Below, piece after piece: positions 1-15,460 of a stretch of 64,000 nucleotides of DNA. The stretch is from Ophelia neglecta (Eukaryota), in assembly GCA_965285935.1 (NCBI GenBank), contig OZ260663.1:14074001-14138000 (forward strand), in the 5' to 3' direction. A program made the translations under genes and the position numbers. Position 1 is the first letter of the stretch. Every line of letters begins with the position of its first letter. The notes beneath the pieces are model-generated. The model was not told where the DNA came from. It saw only the letters and a list, made by a program, of their open reading frames with translations, and searched no databases.

Positions 1-690
1 AATGGCTTAGAGAATGTACCACCTAGTCAATATTGGATAAAATCTAACGCGATTTACGTTGTGACTTCTATTACACAATTGCTGGCTTGTGAATCGAACA
101 CGAGGATTGTGAAGGGGATAGTCCAAGGCACTTAAATTATGAAATGCCTACTTATTTAAAACTTTGCTTTTTAGTAAATAATAGAAGGCACACTCCTTAA
201 AATGTCTTGTATGCTTCTTGCACACATAATGAATAAAAGGGATTTATTTTATTGGTATCATTTATGCTATTCCAAACTTATTAAATTAAAGCCAAATTCA
301 CAATTTGTATTACCGGAAACGCCAATTGACAGGTATTGGCTACTTAAAATAAGTATTTTAATTTGCACATTCAGTTGTAGTTGACCACCAATATTGCCGA
401 TAGTCTCTTCCTATTTCGTTTAGTTAAAATCAACTAGATTTCGTTGCTGTAATATAAGTTGGTTTTGAAATTTATCATGGTATTTTGAGATCTACAGAAA
501 CATCGGTGTCTCCACTATTGTTTTGCATAGCTCGGAACACACAGATGACATGCCATTCGGACACCAGAATCACATTTATGTATTTATATTAGATCTCATT
601 ATTTGGTCGGAGTTTATACACACTTGATAGGAAATGCACTAATGTTGTTTGGTACAATTGTTGCAATACAACTCACAATTAGTCTTTTAC

Positions 691-784
691 TACTGATTTA
701 ACAATTACAGCATGTTTTTTTCTTTTTCAGGTAAGTTGTTCTGAACAATTATGATAGTGTGACCTATGTCTTCATATGGTAAGT
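691..784 (+). other. Candidate recursive splice site with 48-nt cryptic exon (731-778)
   Basis: Branch-like TACTGAT (691), poly-pyrimidine TGTTTTTTTCTTTTTCAG|GTAAGT, second donor ATG|GTAAGT at 779. Confidence 0.7.
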
Positions 785-3700
785 AAACGAGATATGTTTG
801 ACACGATGGTCAATTATTTCCGTTTAGTGGCAAAGTCGGTGGACCATTTAAAATGACCTAATTAGCCTTTTTTATGAACGTAATCATGGTAACGATTGGG
901 AAGCGTCAATAAACAATCCTTTGTCGAGTCGCTGATAAGGCTGGGGACACTCTGACACGTCATACAATGATCAAACTAATACTTTTATTCGGCCACAGGA
1001 TTAGTTTATACAATTAGTTTATCACTAATTCAGATAGCAGACATGTATCACTTTCTCCGTTGCTTACAGAACGTACCTAGATAATGAAACTATTGTAGCC
1101 GGTCAAGCCTACGGCAAAACAAAATTTTTGATTTATCTATTTTCAATATAGTAATACTATATTTAATAATCTCCGCTGATCATCTATGAAACTGGACATT
1201 TAGAATTGCCATTCCTGAAATGAAATGCCACATCTCTCTTTGGAACAAATTCAGTTCATTGTCTTTTTTTAAATTTGACATATGCTGACGTTAGGTAATT
1301 TCCCACGGGGTCCGACAATGTTATTCTGCACATACACGTCATATTTGACTCTTGGCTTAGCGATTCTTGTTAATCCATCCCTTTCCTAGCTTATTTCCAT
1401 ACAATTTATAAAAAAGCAGAAACTCGGCAAGACATCGAAGAAAAAACGGGAAAACAAGCCAAATCATTAAATCGGTCCGAATGTATCAGAAAACCAGCAG
1501 CCACAGCCCCACACACATGAGTAAATTAATCTCCAGTTCCAATAAGTAAATAAACTAAATTGCAAATGATTAAGATGTGTCAACTACTAGGCGTTCTTGT
1601 TCTCATTCGCATATTTAATTAGCACGGAGTAAACAATTGGAAGAGGTACGGTGTATTTAGTATTTTCCCATTTCTGTTTATAGCAGTGTGTATTTGTACA
1701 ATTGACATATTCAGTTAAATAAAAAGCCTGCCTCTCAAATGCCTCTCCGACACATTATACTGGCTCGATTTCGTGGGCTCGATGACAATGTCGTATATAT
1801 GTTGTGCTGACTAGTAACAGTGAAGCCTTAACGAGGTAATGGGTTGCTGCCAATTATCTTACACTGCATTCACAAATTACATTAGCAGCAATGTACGATG
1901 AATCAGGATTGTTAAGATTGATATATACTGTTAAACAGTGCCACGAGATGAGGCATTGTGGTTTCGAAAGCAGTGACATTAGCCGCTAAGACATTACAAA
2001 CGAAACTGTCAACTAAGGCGTTATACTGTTTCGGTACGACAAACAGGCTGATCATTACCACGAATAGAACCTTTCAGAGCTCAATGCCCCGGAGATGTAG
2101 ATGTGCGTCACATAATGAATGATTGTTCTAGTCCAGAGGTTGGACTTTAGAGCTCATCTCTACGCGCAAAGAAGTGTATATATGTAAGGTTCTCATACTA
2201 AACAGTAAAGAAAAGGTACATGTTGCTTGGTTTGATTACTTTGTTTTAACAAGACAACCATGATGCCAAAGTTACGGATAAACACTCCGTGGTAGTTCAT
2301 GAGGGCGCAAAATTCCTTACGTCCAAAAAGGCAATGGGAAAATAAATACCTTTGTATATCCCAGTCATGAAGTGGTATGGACGCAATTTCCGGCAAATGA
2401 ATGAAGTATTTGATATAGTTCAGGTAAGTAGAGGGCATGGTTGTGGTCCTGTATTTGAAGGCAATGTGAATTGTGAAGGAATGTCCTATTTCCCTGTTCA
2501 ATTTCACTGGAAATAAGTGTTATTCTACGTTGATAAGAGTACCAAAGTGCGATGTGTGGGCAGCTGTGTATCTATTTATATTTTTCATATATTCACCATG
2601 ATATCAGACGCCTTTCCAAACTAGTCATTATTTATATTTATGTCGTATTCCAAACAAATGGTCGTAAAAAGCGATATGTCCTAATGACCAACAACTGCCC
2701 AAGAAAAACTATCAAAGGAGTTACACATTGCATTGACTTTACATATACCACAGTCAAATTAAATAACTGCAGACGTCCCCACCGCATCACTGTATGAAGT
2801 CATTACTCATGGACCAAAGCAGTGATGTTGCAGCGGTGAAAGGAGGACTGTTGAAATTACTATTGACTGAATAATATAAATTTTTTGAAAGCAGTCTCCC
2901 ATGGAAGTTTTTTTTATGAAGGTTTATTCAGGAGGTGCTGCTACACTGTTTTACCATCCAGTCATTAAATGTCAACAAAGATTATTATATGTATCCGATA
3001 CTTCCGAATATGGTGGGTATACAAGATGCGGTATTTTCTGATTTGTTGCTTCGTTGATTTAAAGAATCAAGGAAAATGAGCTGTTGAAGCAAATGTCCTT
3101 GATGAGGATCATGCCTGTTAGTAATTAGTCCCATATTGTGCTCATTGTGTATAAACAAATTGCTAAGGCTGTAACTGCTGGATGTAATAAAGTAGTGGTC
3201 ACCTAAATTAAAAATATACTATTAGTGCAAGGGGCTAATTTGTATTTATAAATATTTTCAGACAATAACGCCTTTTAACTGGTTAAACATTGAAATTTAT
3301 GACGTGTATAATTTTAGTCCCGGGACTGGGAATGGCTTGGTAATTGTTCAGTATGCATGTAATTGTACTGTACGCCACTGTACACTTGCTCCCCTACTGT
3401 GAAAATGCTTAACCCATCGTGCTGTGCTGAAAAGACCATTGGCTTATTATAAAGATTCTTTTGGGTTTCACTTATGCCTACGCATTTTTCGCTGTCAATG
3501 ATTCCGTGCACAACCAACACTGCTTATGTAAAAAAAAAACGACAGCTGATAACCGCCATACGACGGAAAACGCCAATCAGGAAATGTCAAAATTGGTCCA
3601 AACTCATCAGGTACCGACAGCTAGAGCCATCTATGTTTATATCCCCAGCCTAATAACAGTAAATAAATTAAAAGTGATACCACTTGCAATGACAAGCAGA

Positions 3701-6700
3701 ATTAAGAGGCATTTGTCTCCAACCAATCGGTATTGATATGAAAAAAAAATAATGTCATTTACTGATATACCATATATATATTGTGGTCTGTATGCACCGT
3801 TAGCGATTGTATACACCCGGCATATGAAGCTAGTGACAAAACTTCGAACACCTCGAAGACTCAATCTTCAGAATAAACTGTTTTCTCACAATGAATTGTA
3901 TAGTATTGATTATTAGATTTTACGTTAATCGCCGATTATCATCGATGCTGGGCATCCATAATATATATTTTCACAGTTAGTTGTCATGAAAGGTAGCTTA
4001 TTCAGAGTATAAATGATTGGTGCGACTGGGTACTTGGACTAGTGGTTTTGGTAAATAAACGTTCCACTTCATTATCTACCTGCTGGGTGTCGCTATGCTT
4101 CCGGATGGACAATAATGAGGCGCTTAAGGCAGTAAATTGACTGTTGAAACAGAGTACCTACTTACTGATTTTCGATAATGAGATCCATATTCAAAGGCAA
4201 GTACTCAGTTAAAAATATCCGATTGATAAGACCTACTTTGTTACGATTGTATTCTAAAATATACAATAGGTCATGCAACTTTATATGCCGATATCTGCGA
4301 AATACAAAGGCCATGGCCTGTGTTCATGTGCTAATTGTAAGAAAGGCGTTTTTTAATTGACTAGATTGGGCAGGGACAAGCATACAATAGGCTATGCTGA
4401 CGAACCTAACATAATGGAAGGCCGTATAAATGATATTGTTTAACAAGATTATTGTTTAACAAGATAAATGTCCATTTGATCAACTTATTAAATATGAAGA
4501 CTGAAGAATTAAGATTAAGCTAGCCGTAGTATTATGCTGGCTAGTCCCAACGATGTGACCAGATTGGGTCTCATGATCAATACAGTGTTCCAGATTGCCG
4601 CTATGTACTGTTTAAACGTCCATGTATTACTTACATATTATTAATTGATATAATGTCAAGGTAGAGATAATCAACGCTTATCTTTGCATGGAAAGTGCTA
4701 CCACTTTCATTCAATAAGAAAAACCTGTCACCAAAATCGTGAGACGTCCTTTTTTTTCTTTTTTTTTTGCCAGTGTTTTTAAATAATCACACTTGTTACC
4801 ACTTGACCCAAGTATGATTCTTTTGTCTTTGCATGTATTCTTCAAAATTGCTGCTACGCATATCACATATCAAAAGGCTATAAGTTGCTTATTTTCTTAA
4901 CATTGTTTAGGTGTATAAAGCTTAAAGTTTCCGAAACAGACTTCTCTCCGCCATGTAAGCGGCAAAAATGGATACAAGAAAATAGCAATAATATAATGGT
5001 GCAAAAAACTTCGCGACTTCCATTTACCGAGGACATGTACGACTAGACGAGATAACTCTTACTCCTGCAATATCTTGAGCTTTATTGAGATGGAGGTACT
5101 GGAGATCACACCAATTGTAATCACTGTCTTCATAAACTTAACATTTTTCTGGTGGATGGAGCAATCAGAATGTAGTATACTCTTGTTTTATCCATCACCA
5201 GCAATATACTCAGGCGGCATCTTAATTTCTTAAGTCTGAGCTATTGCACATTTTGCGAATGGCAGAATAAACTGCGTCTAGCTACGAATATAATATGCTG
5301 TCTTATTTGCGATATAGCTTATGTGTAGTTATCGTGGCCTTCCATATTTAATTACACATCTAACTGATAAAAGTTTGGTTAACAAAGATCGGAACATTGG
5401 TAAAAAGCAAACAAATAAAAACTTGTTCTTAAAATATGATGTAGAAAATATATATTGAATTGGTTTCTATGGAAAGAAGTCGTTTTTTTGTTATAATCTC
5501 ATCGCTCGGCCATTTAACCTAGATACAACGCCGACTCAACACAATCTACGATCCGAAAGAAATCCGTTTATTCAATCAGAAAACATAGTAAACACAGAAA
5601 ACAACCTTCACGAATGCAATCTTTTACACTGAATTCTGTTTCAGTTTTGGATAGATTTTACGATGTAGTTGTCACAGTAGAAAAGAAAAAGGAAGAATAG
5701 TTTCATCACATTGCTTCATCGGTTGTTGGTAGTGCGACTTATCCTTATGCAAAATGGCCGTCGCACCAATGATGCTCACAAATGTTATTTGTATTCAGAT
5801 ACTTATGGCTAGCTTTTGAACTGGCCAACGCCATACATCTGACGTTGTCGGATGGAAATGTCCTTTTTGGTGCAATAGAGTGGAACGCCTTCCCATGATA
5901 CACCACGATAATGGATGAAACTAATACATAAATAATTTTTAAGCTTGTACAGATCGCTGTGCGACTTCCTTTCAAGACATTAAATCAAACTTGTGTGTTT
6001 TTTGCAATGTTATAATTACACTGACTGTGAACTATGCATCATCCTTGCAAAACTCAGTCAGCTGCTGTATCACAAGTCTCATCATTAACAATATTGTTTC
6101 CTTGTTACCAAATTACCCGACCGAAAAGAAGCCTCCGACGTCAGAACTAAACATATATGTTCTGTGCCCCACAGCGGCTCCAAATGCCTTATATTCAATG
6201 TAACTAGTGTGTATGAAGCAGGATTACCGTAGCCAAGGTTCGTTGAAAATACGAGATCCACAAGTGGCGATAAACATCAGAACAAACATATAATTTCGGG
6301 TCATCATTTGTGTGACAGCCACACTCAATCAGTGAAACGCGCACTACCACCAGCCGAGTAAGCAATGTGATCATGCGAGAGTCTTAGTTTAATCAAGTCT
6401 TGTTATAAAAACAAGAAGTAGGCAAATGAACGTATCCCCATTTCTACACAATTAATTAATTGAATGATTAAGGTGTTCCTGCACACCTTGAACACCTCCC
6501 AACACCAACACAGTGAAATCAATGTTACCGTAATGAGTTGAACCAGTCGCAGACCAAGGGCATTTTATAAATGATAGATGTGTCCCGTTAAGTGTGGCAA
6601 AGAGGAATTAACTAGTTAACTATTACATGCAGAGAGTGAATCAGTTCTGTCGGTTGGCGGGCAAATGGATAATGTGATTGATTGCATAAAGCGGCCAATC

Positions 6701-9700
6701 ACCTGATACCTTTAAAGCCCAAATCCACAATGTCATTCCGTTAACTACTTTTCCCTTTAACATTTGCGCGGTGATAGCTCACATTAAAGTTGTTTGATCA
6801 TTTCCGGAATCAAACCGACAGGAATGACATATTGGCGATTTACAAACTGTGCACATGCGATTTGATAAAACCATGCACCTCTTATACAATTTTACATTGA
6901 TTCCTTACAGCTGTGATTATCTCACATCGGTAAGGCCTGACATTTTATCCTGCTGGAAGCTTTTCAACTATGTCAGGAGATTATACAGTCTGATTTATGA
7001 TGTAAACCAAAGCTATGTAAATTCCATGCCTAACAATATAAATCCAAACCACAAGTATTTACACTTGTGTGATAACAATGCATTAAAACTGGCGGTCAAT
7101 GGACGATGCTGATAGTTACTTGATCTACATATTCAAGGAAACAAATATTGCTGCCATTTTTAATTTATCTGTTGGGATAATTTTTGTTCTCTACTTACTA
7201 TCTTAATAGAACATTGAAAAGGATTGTAAGTGTTGCACAAACTTTTACAGCGTCTGCTCTGATTTGATGAGCTAGCTTCCTGCCGTTAATGAAATATCCT
7301 TGAATGCAACTGAGGACTGACTTGGTGGTTTTATTCTGACAGACAACGCCATGGACATAATATGTTCTACTTCATATACAGCTGTTTTAAAATGGCTGAA
7401 AGACAACATGGTTTGCATTGCCATCTGCAGAGTCTATTTCCTGCGTAAATGCAATGTCAAAATACGGAAGCGTAATTGTTTTAGTGTATTGTTTTCCGTC
7501 TGCACGATCGTCTCACTTAAATGGGATTTTGCTGGTGCGATATGGATAATTTATTTCCTCAATTCTTAACAAATTGCTTTGTTAACCAAATATATTGAGA
7601 TGAATGCTTTATGAAAACATGACATGTAACCTGTCTATTGAAATAAACACCCGCCTTAACCAAAAACGATTAAGAAGGGCGCTCCAATAAGGTTTTATGT
7701 ATCGGCCTTAAAATGAACAACTTTATTGGGTACTTATCGGTTCTACTCCATATGATCAGGGTAACACGTACAGATTATATCGCTCGTTGTCTTCACCCCC
7801 ACAGCCATCAGTGGTGGTGACGGGAGTTGAGAAACGATAGTCAGAAGAATAACTGCTTGTCATTTTTTGCCAACAAATTTGTTTAGGATGAATGTGAAGT
7901 TCTAGCTACTCTTGATAGCTATCTAAACAAAATAACACATTCATTGAACAAAGTGACGATGTAGGGAAAGCGCAGTGCAGTTACATAATCAGTTGATACA
8001 TGTTATGCGAATGTATAACGCACTTGTGTTTTGATTGATTTGTACACGCTAGGTTATCGGACATTTACCCTTTATTGTTCGAGTGTTCTTAATCTATCTG
8101 CAGAATGTATATTTCTAAAATGTCGAGACTATCAATCACTTTTGCAAAGGAAAAATCAATATAATTCGTTCCGATTTGAAGATGTTACAACAAAATGGCC
8201 AGTTGACCGCTTATAAGCCTAGCCTGAACCAGCATGGAACTGTCGTTTATTTCTGCTCCAACATCTCAGACAAGCTGAGTTGGGTTTTTGCTTATACACT
8301 AAATTGACTGGGTGATGATAATGATCCTGTCACGTAATGTTCCCTTTGCATCGAACGCTTTCAAAAATACTTTGGATTTACCGGCCCGATTATGTTTAGA
8401 TATAATAAGAGCATGTACGACCCAAAGGCGGCACACTGACTTAGGCGTGACAGATTGACCCGGCATTCAGTGTAAATCATTTTCTAGCACTGTGTTCGTG
8501 GTTCCTTTGATTTATACAAAGTTCTAATTTTTGCAGTATACATTTACCAAACAGTGTCTTGGTCTAAATCCTGACTGACTGTGAATGCTATATTCACACT
8601 CCTGTAAGTACTTGAAAACAAACGTAAATGATAAAAGTTAACGATTTGTCTTATCTTAGGAAAATTTAGAATCAGCAACTGGTGATTGGGCTGAAAAATC
8701 ATCCAGTTGTACCATAAATAGGAACTGAACATATAATTTGATGGTAGCTATGAAACACATCGTTGAAACTTTTAAACAGCTTATCCCTAAAGCAGAAAAT
8801 GCAGAGATCTTGTCTTCGTTGTACCATTTGTAACCTGGCTTACGGTGAAATTAGGCCAGCCCGTTTAGGTTGGTTTATCTCGCAAAAAGACAATTTATCT
8901 TTTTTTATTTACTAGATGTGGGCTGTTCATTCAAACTTGCCATGGCTCATTTAGGTACACCATACTAGTAAATATGAATTCAGAAAGTATCAAGTAAATA
9001 ATAATAAAAAAGGATGCTTTAAATTTGGTAATGTTTGATGACTGAAAGGATGACCATTGAGTAGCAAACGACACCGGTCAGCTTCTTTCAACTGGCAGTT
9101 CTGCGCCATGGTTTAAAACCGCAGGCTTTCACAACCTGCTGTTCTAACTCCCATTAAAAGACATTTATACTTCTCATTGGAAATGATATCAATTTTATTG
9201 GTTTATTTTTGCTATGCATTATAAGCTTACTTACTGTTTGGGAGCTTGGGACTATATTTGGGCAAGTGGCGGTTGGTTTCGGGCGATTTAAGGCCGACTT
9301 TATTGGTCTTTTATTTATAAATGATATTATCTATTTCGTTCTGGTATCCACTCTCGTTTTGTATACATCGCTGAAGAGTATCTAATTCAGTACTTGTCCT
9401 GTAGCAGCCTTAATGGCTATTTACTATTGATAAGTTCGCACTGCTCTTTCTTTTCCATGAGCATATTATATTGACACACGGAGACCTTGTGTGAACGACA
9501 ACGACGAAAATGGATATTTTTAGTATGAGCCATTCATTATTTTATGTGTCTTTTCAGTCTTTATGATTCTCATTAGTCCTATGAATAATTGCTTCTGAAA
9601 AAACGCAACACATTATTATGCCAAACTTGCATTGTACGGTTTGACTTATGTTCTGTGACAGAGTCGTTAAACGAGGGGGAGAAAGTGGGTAGGTGCATTT

Positions 9701-12700
9701 GCAACCGCAGAAAACACCGTTGTTGATGTCATTATTGATGGGAATACTGTTTTACTGTGCTCTCATTTTGACTGGAAGCCCTGCAAATCTTTGTCAGTAA
9801 CACTGAGAGGGAATTACCATGAAAAACCGAAGTTGATAAACTTAGACAACTTTCAATGTTTTTTTTCAGTACACGTGCGACATGTTTTAATTATCATCCC
9901 AGAATAAGTAGACTGTCAAACTGTCTCCTTTATCATTTACTGATGATTGAAGGAATAGGAATGCATAATAATACTTTGCGAATAAAAAAAACAATTATCG
10001 AAGTGTATTCAAATATTAAAATTTCTTAAAAGCAACAACGACTCTACATTATACCATAAGATATCTGGGACTCGCAATTGAAAGTGCAGACAGTGAAACT
10101 AGCCTGCATTCTCTATTGTACTATCCAACTGTTAATTAAGAAATATTAACACATAATGCGATATTCAATGTTAAATAACCTATGTAAATAAACAATCCCT
10201 ATTATCAGAACATTATTTTCCAGTCCTTTGGATGATCTTAATTCAGGGGTTTTAATTTACATTGCAGTCAGAACTAGGAACTTTAGTTTTAGTTCGATAC
10301 ATATATATCTGTATGTTTGCAGGCATGCCAGTCGGGTTATCCGTTTGTCACAGTCGCTGCCCGCCTGACTTGAATGTGTTCCCTATATACCCTGCAGAAA
10401 ACCCGAAAGTATTCCAATTTTAAATTTATTTGCTTAGTTTTAACTTGTGTTCTCATTGGTTCACTAGTTAGATTCATGTAAATGAATGAACCTGCCACTC
10501 CCTGTAAAAGGAATGTTTGATCAGTGGCAAAGTTTGCTACAATCATTAAACGCCAGTAGAATGATCTGGCGTTGGGTTAAGGTAATCATCATTAGCAAAG
10601 GGATTATAGATAATCGCCAACTGTGTTTTATGGGACCCAGGATAGCCTCAGTCTGTCTTCGAAAGATGTTCTTTTTTTGTTTTGTTTTGCTTGTTGCTAG
10701 ATCAGTTATCCGGCCTATTTCTTTCCACAGATACGTTCTCTTCTGGGAGGGTTGTTAATATAAATAATATCTATGCAACTATACGCGTTTTTAGCACGGA
10801 CATGCTGATATTCATTGCGCTACCTATAACATGTATGTATGAAGGTTCGCGAATTGTAAATACTGCTATGGCTTGTTCCATTTTCAGATGTCATGTGTTT
10901 TGGTTTCAAGAGACGGGCACTTTCAGCTATATGGCAAATTCAGCGGTTCAATGCTTTGTATTAACCAACCATTGGGCCTTTAATATTAAGTTGATCTCAG
11001 TCTTGATGAAGTGAACGCATGCTAGCTTTGAACACGTCATGCGGCTTTCCAGTTGGCCACTATGATTGAAGCTGCGCGTTAATTCTATCTGCTTTCTAAT
11101 GTCATGGCTCAGTAGTTGACAACCCCCAGGGGACCGATTATACATATATTACGTGATCGACTGGGCAACAGCTGTCCTCCAGTGTTGTCACGAGCGGAGT
11201 AGTCAGAAGGCAATGCTAAGCAAGTGCCGAGTTCTGCAACCTAACTTAAAAGAATAAAATGTGATTATCACGTCCGCAAAAACTAAAGCTAATTACCACA
11301 GGAAATTACACAGGCAATGTTTCGCTTAGCATTCCTGTCAAGTAAATAATAATTGATATGTTAATAGACTGCATCTACCATTGATCAATTAAAACAAATC
11401 AATGCATTCACTTATTTGCCTGGAAGTGAATTATCTCATTATTTTGTCCAACTGGGATTTAAGCCAATCATCTGTAATGTTTTGCCTTGCGTCAAGTGAT
11501 AAATATTTCAAATAAAGCCTGCTTTGCTGGTTACTAGAGACGGTCTTATTCAACCAATAAATCTATCATATTAAAGGAAAATATTGTTTGATTGTTACAT
11601 GACAGCATCAACAGCAGATTGTCAGCTTCTTTTCCCTTCTTTCCTCTTTCTTTGCGTCACATACATTGCAGAGAGCCACACAATGTTATGGACATATCAC
11701 CACGATCAACGATCGACGCTAACACCGGTAGGTTTTACGGAATGACTTAAATTGCAGATATAAATTCTCCTACCTACAACAATCTAGCCACTAGAAGCGA
11801 AAACAGGAACGAAACAACTTGTGCAGAGTGCTTCATTACTGCTTTGGGATGAGTAACAAGATTAACAAGATCACATGTATCATACCTACCTATCAAACAA
11901 TTAATCTCTTAATAAATACTGTCGCAGATTCGCTGTTTTTGGTACACACCAAGCCGGCTTCGTTCGTTCAAGGTGAACTTATCAGTTTTAATAAAACAAA
12001 CGAGACAATGGTCAAGTTAGAATGAAATGTGGTCTAGCTTAGTATGTGATGGTCTAAGCACTGGCGTTAATGAGACATTAGATTCTTTGCCAAACATTGA
12101 TGCAATATATTTCATGGATCATTCCTGATTTTCATATTCACAATGCCAGGCGGACATTCACTGCGAAGACCACACGCAGATTATACTGATTAGTGTTTTG
12201 ATAAAATATACAGCGTATTAGCGTTTGCTACAGCGCTTAACTCGACTAATTCCTAAGTCTATTACTACCTCTCGTCACGAGACCAGTTCTTCAATATTAA
12301 GGTTGCATATTTAGTGTAAGGCGAGTGCAGGGGAGCAAATAGCACTTGAAACCAATTTGAAACAATAGCCGCATGATACCAAAACCGTAAGCTATTTAAT
12401 AACAACAAGAAAACGAGCTTAACGATTAAACCTAAAACGATTGTTTTAGATATAGAAAATAAAATATAAGACTTAAATAACAGTTTGCATATATCACAAT
12501 AAGGAATATATAATTATACTCATACTACACAGCATTCATTAAGTAGCAATCAGTGACGTAACTAAAGCTGCATGAATACCTTACGAATTCCTTCCCTGTG
12601 TTTAATAAACAAAGCTTATTTTAAAATTAAAATTGTATGCCGGACTGGTGCACTATCATGTATTTACTAAGACATACGGAGAAGTATGTATTTGATGCAA

Positions 12701-12899
12701 CATCACATTGTGGTTAGTTTAAGCATAATTATTTATTCTGGGTCACCTAAAAGACATGTGCGAACCCATATAAAAGCCATGCTTCATATATGCAAATTAT
12801 TGACAAGCTATATGTCATAGGGTGGCTCTCATGCTAGCGTCTTATTAAGGCTTAATGAGAATCTCCCTGACCTATATTTAGTTCATTTAGACACACACA

Positions 12900-13021
12900 A
12901 TGTTTCATTGTGTTTATATGTAGTTTACTCACATTGTACTTTTATTGTCCACTTCATGTTTATATATTTTCATGGTATACATTTTTAGGTTGAATAAACT
13001 CTATGACTATGACTATGATTA
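12900..13021 (+). mobile_element. Probable LINE 3' terminus
   Basis: T-rich tract, AATAAA, then (CTATGA)3 microsatellite tail. Confidence 0.35.
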
Positions 13022-15132
13022 TAATAGGCTAAGGCTAATCCAGAGCGGCCCATGATGGTCCATTTAAACTAAACTGTCATAAGACATAATCATGGGTAAA
13101 ATATATTCATTTGTGGGGCGGCCAAAGGAATTGCCATCTGCCTTTTAAAGGAATTGGACATTTTAGGTTCAGTTAATATGTCAATTTAGGTTGGTATGAA
13201 TTTTATAAGACACATTTTATGGCATAACAGTAAATCATCTACGAATGGGCGGCACTGTGAGAAACCAAGTAACAAGTACTTACACAGGCATAAGGCGCAA
13301 ATCGATAACTTACAAAATTGTCTTAAATTCTTGAAGGATGCGGGCGTCTGGCCAGACGACCTGTTTTGCATAAATGAGTTGCCAGAGCGTTAGGATTGCG
13401 CGCTTTTTCGACCATATTTCTTATATGATAACATTCATAAAACACGGAGATTAATAAATTGGTAACTTTCCATCTTGTACTTTAAATAATTCCTTTTCAT
13501 TTGTTCAATTAACAGCGAGGTGCCAATTAAAATGGGCAGGGACACACTAATGTACAATAGTGAAAATATTAATACTGTACGGATTGATCGGTACCGTGGG
13601 TTGTTACTTACGATGGTGCAAAAAAAGTACCCATGCATCAACCTGGCGTCACTCTGGCTACTCGGTTTTGCAGAATATCATGGTTTGCTCCTTAGACACT
13701 GATTTATGCAACACTTTGATTTCGCCATAACCAGAGCACCAAAGGTCCTTCATTACATATGGATTGTGCCAGAAAAACACATTACTGCTCGTTACATTAG
13801 TTAATCCAAAAACTAGGTTTTCATCTGAAAAAGTCCAATGCGAATTGCAAATCATATTAGAGGTTTAACATTGTCGGCCCGCCACCAATATGAAGGCGCC
13901 ATCAGCTACCTGTACTGTCTACGGACTACTATATGTCCCTCTAATCAGGTTCAAACCAAGCAGGTTTTCACTAAATGTAAATGCCTGAAGCCAAGCGCTA
14001 GAAACAAGGTTGATTCATTCATTTCTCTATGGCCTCGGGTAACATATGTATAAGAATTGAAAAGTGATCAAATAAAAGGTAATGGGCCATTTTCATATAT
14101 TAAGTAGCTGTATATTAATATGGAACATAAAGGTATAAGGCACATGTGCATTTAGGAATTTAATATTCTGTTTTTTTTATTCACGGTCGAGTTACATTTA
14201 ATCAAACCTCGACCCAGGCCCTACTGAAGGAAATGTTCGAAATTCAAAACGACTTTCCTGTTTATTTTCTCTTTTTAAATATTCATTCATAAATTAACCC
14301 ATTGAAAATTTATTAAGAACAGTTACAAATGATTTATTTAAATGATTGTTGGTCTAATCCCGCTAATGTCAAACTAGTTGATATATCTCTGTGTTGCGAA
14401 ATTCTTCATACTCTGCTAACACATTTTATATTGCTTGTACCTAAATTTACCAACTGAAGAAACAGAAAAAAAAAACAGGTTCAATGACGTCATTTGGCGT
14501 AGGTAAAAAGTATGGTTTTTAGTAGCTTTAAATAACGGGTGTGGACACCCAGGCAGGTGGCGACCCTAATGATCAATGAATTGTAAACCGTTTGTTGGGG
14601 TTTTGTTTACCATGAGGCATTATGATTTGCATCCCTTGGTTAGAAGCTGGTAGCCTTCCCAGCTATTTTGAGTCTAAGTAGCTCCGGATCGAGTGTCTGT
14701 TTCATTTCATTTTTCTATGCTCTCAATGGAGAGTACATTAGAAATGCTCAATGCCTTGTTCACATCCTTAAAATTAAAATCCAGCATTTCAGTCATTGAT
14801 TTATCTAAATGCGCATTGAAAATAATAATAAAGGGTGCAAGGCTCCAGAATAGAATGACAAAGGCCGACGCTGCCATAAACCACATCACTGGAACTACTG
14901 AAATGCTAAAACCCTATGTGAAGTGGGGTTTTAACTGTTGCAAGTATCGGCGGTTCATTTTCGGCCTGTCGAGTGTATAGGTTAATGTCGTTGATTTATT
15001 TCCCAGTCCACGAGGTAATTAATAGTAAACGTTTGTAAAAGTTGTATGTCGAATTGCATGTTTGGAACTGTTCAGCATGAATACGTTTCAAATAGGAATT
15101 GTCAACAAGGAACATTAGCTTCAAATACGACC

Positions 15133-15460
15133 ACCAGAGCGTGGCCGAGTGGTTAGGGTGTCCGCCTCGCAAGTGGTAGATCGGGGTTCGAATCCCGATC
15201 GCGTCAAACCCAATACTTAAAAATAGGTACTGATAGCTACCCTGCCAGGCGCCCGGTATTTCGGGTGTAGTATCAGGACTGGTCAACCCGGTGTCAGTAT
15301 AATGTGACTGGGTGGGGTTCCCTGTCTGGTGTCTACGGCAGGTACTCCAGTGAGGCAGCACTACAAAGAGGGCATTGAGCCCACTGTCACAAGTAGGCAC
15401 TGTGGCCATATGACCATATAAGTGTTGAAAGCCACGTAAAACCCCAAACAACAACAACAA
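15133..15460 (+). mobile_element. Full-length tRNA-derived SINE (central domain possibly Meta-type)
   Basis: A box TGGCCGAGTGG (15142), B box GGTTCGAATCC (15185), central CCCGGTGTCAGTATAATGTGACTGGGTGGGG, 3' GTTGAAAGCCACGTAAAACCCCAAA(CAA)n tail. Domain name is from recall and unverified. Confidence 0.88.

Noticed and set aside
2411-2430. CAG|GTAAGT as a third recursive site
   Set aside because: No polypyrimidine tract upstream (GATATAGTTCAG); at most an isolated donor.
15133-15205. tRNA gene
   Set aside because: A/B boxes are present but I could not form an acceptor stem or find a poly-T terminator; it continues into a SINE body and tail.
14996-15460. 154-aa minus-strand ORF
   Set aside because: Antisense reading of the SINE.
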